Shown here piece by piece: positions 57,573-64,000 of a stretch of DNA of 64,000 bases. Position 1 is the stretch's first letter. Each line of letters opens with the position of its first letter. The notes below the pieces were generated by a model that had not been told where the DNA came from, searched no databases, and was given only the letters and a program-made list of their open reading frames with translations. The position numbers and the translations under genes were made by a program. Origin of the DNA: the human T2T-CHM13v2.0 reference genome, Homo sapiens; assembly GCF_009914755.1 (NCBI RefSeq), contig NC_060928.1; one strand, given 5' to 3'.

Positions 57573-60500
57573 CCTTAGAGGAGGACTACACCACTCCTCA
57601 CTTTTGCATTTTGTGTTACGTTTATTTCAGGGAATTTACTCTTTCTGATGCAATTGTAGTTAGAGTTTTTTTTTTTTAATTTCGTTTTTGAATTGTTCAT
57701 TGCTAAGATATAGAGATACAATTCAATATTTTATATTTACCATATATACTGCAACCTCACTGAAATTATTGCTAGTCCTAATATTTCCTAATAACTCAAT
57801 ATAATGGGTTTTTTTAGATTTTGTATGTACAAGATCATGTTATCTACACTTACAAATAGTTTTACTTATTTCTTGCAAATATGTTTTTCTTGACTAATTT
57901 GCTCTGGCTAAAACTTCCAGTACAGTGTTGAATAGATGTGGTAAAAGTCAAAATCCTTCTGTTGTTCCTAATTTTGGATTCATTCTTTTACCATTTCATC
58001 ATAGCTATAATGTTAGCTGTTGATTTTAAATATACGCTTGTTTTAGACTGAGTAATTCCCATTTATTGTTAAAGTGTTGAATGTTATTATCATAAAAGTG
58101 TATTGGAATTTGTGAACTATTTGTGTCTATAGAGATTATCATATAATTTTACCTTGTCTATTAATATGGTATATTATGTTTACTGACTTTCAGATGTTAA
58201 ACCAAACTTATATTACTGAAACAAGTCTCACTTGTTCATCAAATATAATTCTTTATTTTGTTCCTATATTTGGTTTACTAGAAATTTTTAGAGTTTTGCA
58301 TCTATAATCAAAGGGACATTAGTATGTAATTTTTTTGTAATTTCTTTGTCTTGTTTAATGCCAGGGAACATAGATATGTGAAGTATTCCCTCCTCTCCCA
58401 TTTTTAGGAAGAGTTCATGAAGAACTGATATTAAGTCTCTAAGTTTTTGTTAGAATTCACTGTTGAAGGCATGTTTGCCTGGACTTTCTTTTTTCTTCTG
58501 TTTTAGAAGCATCCCATTTATTTTTTATGTTGTATTTGGTTTTCACTCATCTTAAAATATTTACTAATTTCCCTCTGATTTCCTCCTTGTCTCATTTGTT
58601 ATTTAGATATGTGTTGTTGAATGTCCATATATTTGTGAATTTTCCAAATTTCTCTAATGTTTTTGTAATTTAATTCTGCTGTGGTCAAAGAATATACTTT
58701 AATATTATTTCAGTCTTTTTAATTACATTGAATCTTGTTTCATGCCCTAACATAGTTTATTGTAGAGAATGTTCTATGTATACGTGAGAATAAATGCATT
58801 AGGTCGATGCTGTTTGAAGCATTATATATTGGTTAGTTAAAACTAATAAGCTTATAGTGTAATTTAAACCTATTTATTCCACTGTTGGCATTCTGTCTAT
58901 TTCTACCCATTTTTAAGCAGGATATTTAAAGTCTTTAACTAATGGCGTTGAGTTGACGATGTTTTCCTTATATTCCATCAAATTTTCTCCTACGTATAGC
59001 CATGTCAGTTCTCTTTTGGTTACGGCTTGCATAATCTTTTCTTTCATTATTTCACTTTTGTTCTGTTTGTGTGCATACACCTAAAGTATGCATGTTTTAA
59101 ATGAAAGGCAGTCATGTTCATTCATAAAAAACAATACTATTATTGGATTTAAAAATCAACAGCTAGCCAAATAGTTTCTAAGGAAGAATACTGAAGTAAT
59201 TGGGGCAGGCAGAAAAATACATATGAAAAAGTCTACCATCTGTGATATGTAAGGTTTCTACTTAATTAAAAATGAAAATTTTTCTCATGGATTTGCAATA
59301 CATTTCAATTATGATTATACAACTTTACCAGTGCTTTCAATTTTTTATTTTATTTTTTTACTTCTGAGGACTGTATTGTTTTGGTGTCAGGATAATACAA
59401 TCCTCATAGATATGTTAAGTTCATTTTTCATAAGAAAATTTTGTAGATGAAATGATTATTGAAATTAGAGCTACCTGTATCATTTTGACCTGTTTTTGCG
59501 AAATGCAGAAGAAGGACTTTGGTTTCCTGTGGTGCTCAGGAAGTTTGGAATTATGGAGTTCTGGATTGTTCAGGAGTCAATAGCTCATATCTAACCATAA
59601 CCAGTGTGTGCTTCACTTATAGGTATAAAGCCATCTTCCCTTTCAAGACTCACATCTCTAGGGACAGATAATTAACATTACTACAAGCTGTAAGTAAAAT
59701 GTGAATCTCTGTGTTAATGTGTTTCTCTTCATAAAACCTTTCTCCTTACAACATTTGATAACTGACTTTAAGAATGTTATCGATGACTCATGCCTGTTTT
59801 TGGTACTGTGGGTGCTGTGGGGGTAGGGGAGATCTTAGGCCCTCTCTTCCATAACCTTCATCTTCTCATTACTACTTGACTTTTTATTTTTATTCTCCCA
59901 GAGATGTATCCTTCTTACTACAAATCCCTTTCCTTGTGTCCAATCAAATCTTTAGAAAACATATACTGTTCTTATGAGTATACCAATAAGGGAGCCTGAG
60001 AAAATATAAGATACAGTTAAGTCAGTGTCTGCCCCTAAAAATATAGGAGCATGAAAGTGCACATTACCAACTACAAAGAGGTAGCTATCTAGTTCAATTT
60101 GGCAAGCTTTCCATTTTATGTTTACATACAGTTAAAACATTTATTTGAATTTTAAGATCCTATGGAAAGCATCCCACAGGTGAACATCCTACATGCTGCA
60201 TTACTGGAAAAATCCCCCACCATCCTTTGGAAATCTTGTTGATGGATTATAAGTATATAAAATATTAATATAAACATAGAAACCCAGACTTACTAAAATC
60301 TTACATTCAACTTATTATTGGTAGCCTTCAGGGATAGGACAATTAAATTTAAACATTGACTATCCCAAAGAATATTGAATTGGTTACAGATACTCATTTA
60401 CTTACAAACAATAACCACCTCTTCATCAAGGAGAATAGTGAAGGAACTTAAAGGAGAAAGTATTACCTAGGGTTATAGCAGAAACCTGGAACTTGGTCCA

Positions 60501-61224
60501 GGTGTGTTATGAGGATAAGAATAAAGACAGGGCATCTCAGATCATAAAGGGGTTTCCTGATTGAAGTATAAAATAAAATAGCATGCTGGCAAACAAGTGG
60601 TCTAAACATAACCATTAAGCAATTCAACAAACATTTTCACTTTCTCTCAAATACATATGACAGTAGAAACTGTGAAATAAATTGACCCCAATGTGCAGTT
60701 GAGTATGAAACCCCGGGGATGATTCTGACCATTTGGGTGGAGACATTTATGCCTAGCAAAAGCTAGCCTAGGATACACTCCTCTAAGTATGAAAACTTTA
60801 ATAAAATTAGAAAAAGAGAAAATAAAAGATTTGAGAAAGATAAACATTTTGTCTATCCATCAGTCCTACATTCATTTTTCTTTCTATACATCTTCACTTT
60901 TAAAGGTTTCTAGAAGAAAAGAACATTTTGAAATTACAAAAATAGTAACAAATTTTACTTTTATGGTTTCAGATTGATGGCTTCTCTAAATGTAGAATCT
61001 CAGAAGACACTTAACTTAGGCAGAGAAGCTTCTTTTATTTATCTTAAGTATACTAAGAATTAGAAAAGTGGATTGTTAACATAATAATCTTTCTCTCCTT
61101 ATCACATTCACTTTCTAACTACTTTTTTCTCATTCCTAAAAAAAATGCATTGTTGGTACTATAAGTTTAAGCCATGAGAATCCTTTTTAGCCTATTTCTA
61201 GTTTTAAGAAATCTTTACCTCTCA

Positions 61225-61370
61225 TTTATTTACTCACTGATGTCATGCTCCCTCCCTCTATGGAATTCAAGTTCCATGAGTGCTGTTTGTCTGTTTTATT
61301 TACCCTTCTATTGCCAATCTCTAGAGCTATCTATACCTGACATAAATGTTGAGCTCATTAATTTTTAGTA
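61225..61370 (+). mobile_element. L2 3' fragment
   Basis: aagttccatgag...tgtctgttttatt...tacctgacata. Confidence 0.5.
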
Positions 61371-61579
61371 GGTATGTTATTATTTTCTCATAATGATATT
61401 GTGCAAATATTATACACAACCAACAAGACCAACAAGCACAATGTTAATATTAGAAAAAGAAAGAAAATGCTCAAGGTTTTTAATTCTTAAAGCTCTAGTA
61501 AAAATATCATATTTGTGGAATTTTCCTTCAGAGTTTTATCTGATTGTAAAAAAAAAAAATCTATTTAGCTTTTACATGC

Positions 61580-63890
61580 TGATATGGTTAGGCTTTGTGC
61601 CCCCACTCGAATATCATCTTGAATTGTACTTCCCCTAATTCCCACATCATGGGAGGGGCCCAGTGGGAGGTAACTGAACAGTGAGGTTGGTTATCCCCAT
61701 GCTGCTGTTCTCATGATAATGAGTGAGTTCTTACAAGATCTGATGGTTTTATAAGGGGCTTTTCCTCCTTTTACTCTACACTTCTCCTTGCTGCCACCAG
61801 GTGAAGTAGGATGTGTTTGCTTCCCCTCTGCCATAATTGTAAGTTTCCTGAGGCCTCCTCATCCATGCTGAACTGTGAGTCAATTAAAACTCATTCCTTT
61901 CTAAATTACACAGTCTCAAATATATCTTTATTAGTAGTGTAAGAACAAACTAATACAGTAAATTGGTACAGGTAGAGTGGAGTGCTGCTATAAGGATACC
62001 CAAAAATGTGGAAGCATCTTTGGAACTGGGTAACAGACAGAGGTTGGAACAATTTGAAGGGCTCAGAAGAAGACAGGAAAATGTGGTAAAGTTTGGAACC
62101 CCCTAGAGACTTGTTGAATGGCTTTGACCAAAATGCTGATAGTGATATGGAAAATGAAGTCCAAGCTGAGGTGGTCTCAGATGGAGATGAGAAACTTGCT
62201 GGGAACTAGAGTAAAGATGACTCTTGTTATGCAGAGACTGGCGGCATTTTGCCCCTGAGTTAGACATCTGTGGAACTTTGAACTTGACAGAGATGATTTA
62301 GGGTATATGGCAAAAAAAATATTCCTACATGGGAAAGTACTCAAGAGGAAGCAGAGCGTAAAAGTTTGGAAAATTTGCAGCCTGGTGATGTGACAGAAAA
62401 GAAAACCCTATTTTCTGGGGAGAAACTCGAGCTGTCTGCAGAAATTTGCATAAGTAAGGAGGAGCCAAATGTTACTCACCAAGGCAATGGGGAAAATGTC
62501 TCCAGGGCATGTGAGAAACCTTGGAGGTAGCCCTACCCATCACAGGCCCAGAGGCCTAGGAGTGACAAATGGTTTTATAGGCCAGGTCAAGGGACGCCCT
62601 ATTGTGTGCAGCCTCAGGACTTGGGGCCCTGCTTTCCAGTCACTCCAGCCATAGCTAAAAGGGGCCAAGGAACAGCTCAGGCTGTTGTTTCAGAGGGTAC
62701 AAGCACCTGGCCTTGGCACTTTCCATGTGGTGTTGTGAAATGGCAGTTTCCACGTGGTGTTGAGCCTGTGAGTGCACAGAATTCATGAATGGAAGTTTGA
62801 GAACCTCTGCTTAGATTTCAGAGGGTGTATGGAAGAACCTGGATGTCCAGGCAGAAGTTTGCTGCAGGGATGGGGCCTTCATGGAGAACCTCTGCTAGGG
62901 CAGTGTGAAAGGGAAATGTGGGGTCAGAGTCACCACACAGAGTTACCACTGGGGCACTGCTTAGTGGAGCTATGAGAAGAGGGCCACCATCCTCCAGAGT
63001 CCAGCATGGTAGATCCACTGACAGCTTGTACCATGCACCTGGAAAGGCCACAGACTTTCAACACCAGCCTGTGAAAGCAGCTGGCAGGGAAGCTGTACCC
63101 TGCAAAGCCACAGGGGTGGAGATGACCAAGGCCATGGGAACCCACCTCTTGCATCAGTATGATCTGGATTTGAGACATGGAGTCAAAGGAGATCATTTTG
63201 GAACTTTAAGGTTTAATGATTGCTCTACTGGATTTCAGACTTACATGAGGCATTTAGCCCCTTTGTTTTGGCCAATTTCTCCCATTTGGAATGGGTGCAT
63301 TTACCCATTGCCTATACCCCCATTATATCTAGAAAGTAACTAACTTGCTTTTGATTTTACAGGCTCATAGGCAGAAGTACTTGCCTTGTCTCAGATTGAG
63401 ACTTTGGAGTTGGACTTTCGAGTTAATTCTGAAATGAGTTAAGACTTTGGGGAACTGTTGGAAGGGCATGATTGTGTTTGGAAATGTGGGGACATGAGAT
63501 TCGGGAGGGACTAGGTGTGGAATGATATGGTTAGGCTTTCTCTCCCCACCCTAATCTCACCTTGAATTGTAGTTTCCATAATCCCCACATGTCATGGGAG
63601 GGACGCAGTGGGAGGTAATTGAATCATGGGGGCATTTACCCCCGTACGGCTGTTCTCATGATAATGAGTGAATTTACACAAGATCTGATGGTTTTATAAG
63701 GGGCTCTTTTTGCTCTGCACTTCTTCTTGCTACCACCATGTGAAGAAGGATGTGTTTGCTTCCCCTTCTGCCATGATTGTAAGTTTCCTGAGGCCTCTTC
63801 AGCTGTGCAGTACAATGAGTCAATTAAATCTCTTTCCTATATAAATTACCCAGTATGTCTTTATTAGTAGCATAATAATGGACTAATACA
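61580..63890 (+). mobile_element. Complete THE1 (THE1C/D-like) MaLR: LTR 61580-61957, internal 61958-63522, LTR 63523-63890
   Basis: Both LTRs run tgatatggttaggcttt...taataca; the internal part starts gtaaattggtac. Perfect TSD catgc at 61575-61579 and 63891-63895. Confidence 0.97.
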
Positions 63891-64000
63891 CATGCTTGAA
63901 TAATATGATTCCTTACTTTTTTCTTTCTTTGTGAAATGGCAAACCATCAAGGTGAAGTGGAGATTTAAGTATCACATACATGTGGCTGAGGGTATCTGCT

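Larger units (their letters stand above)
56520..59080 (-). mobile_element. Old L1M (L1MB/MC-like), interrupted by Alu and MLT1
   Basis: tagccatcctagtggatgtgaaatggtatctcatt; ctggctaaaacttccagtacagtgttgaatag; gtggtcaaagaatatactt. Confidence 0.75.

Noticed and set aside
62469-63343. Cluster of ORFs up to 141 aa
   Set aside because: They lie in the THE1 internal sequence; the ancestral MaLR ORF is fragmented by stops and frameshifts.

Overview
This is AT-rich primate (human-like) genomic DNA from a gene-poor, LINE-dense region. I see no supportable host protein-coding gene, tRNA, rRNA or CRISPR array. All longer ORFs are decayed L1 ORF1/ORF2 pieces or chance ORFs inside Alu/LTR repeats. The window holds several L1s (including a full-length, dead L1PA8A-like copy with an LTR2 inside its 5'UTR), about seven Alus, a complete THE1 element with a perfect 5-bp TSD, solo LTRs (THE1, LTR2, MLT2, MST, MER52, MLT1), old L2/MIR/L1M pieces and simple repeats. 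Subfamily names come from my recollection of consensus diagnostics and need RepeatMasker/Dfam confirmation. I found no convincing new gene system; the interesting signals are structural. (1) Two independently inserted, inverted L1PA copies 2.5 kb apart share five non-consensus variants, including an RT-site FADD>FADH change, pointing to gene conversion or recombination. (2) An L1PB contains an inverted ~237-bp copy of its own 5' junction, including flanking genomic DNA. (3) An AT-rich minisatellite is bracketed by 32-bp inverted repeats and short palindromes. (4) Several smaller templated insertions and fold-backs occur across the window.
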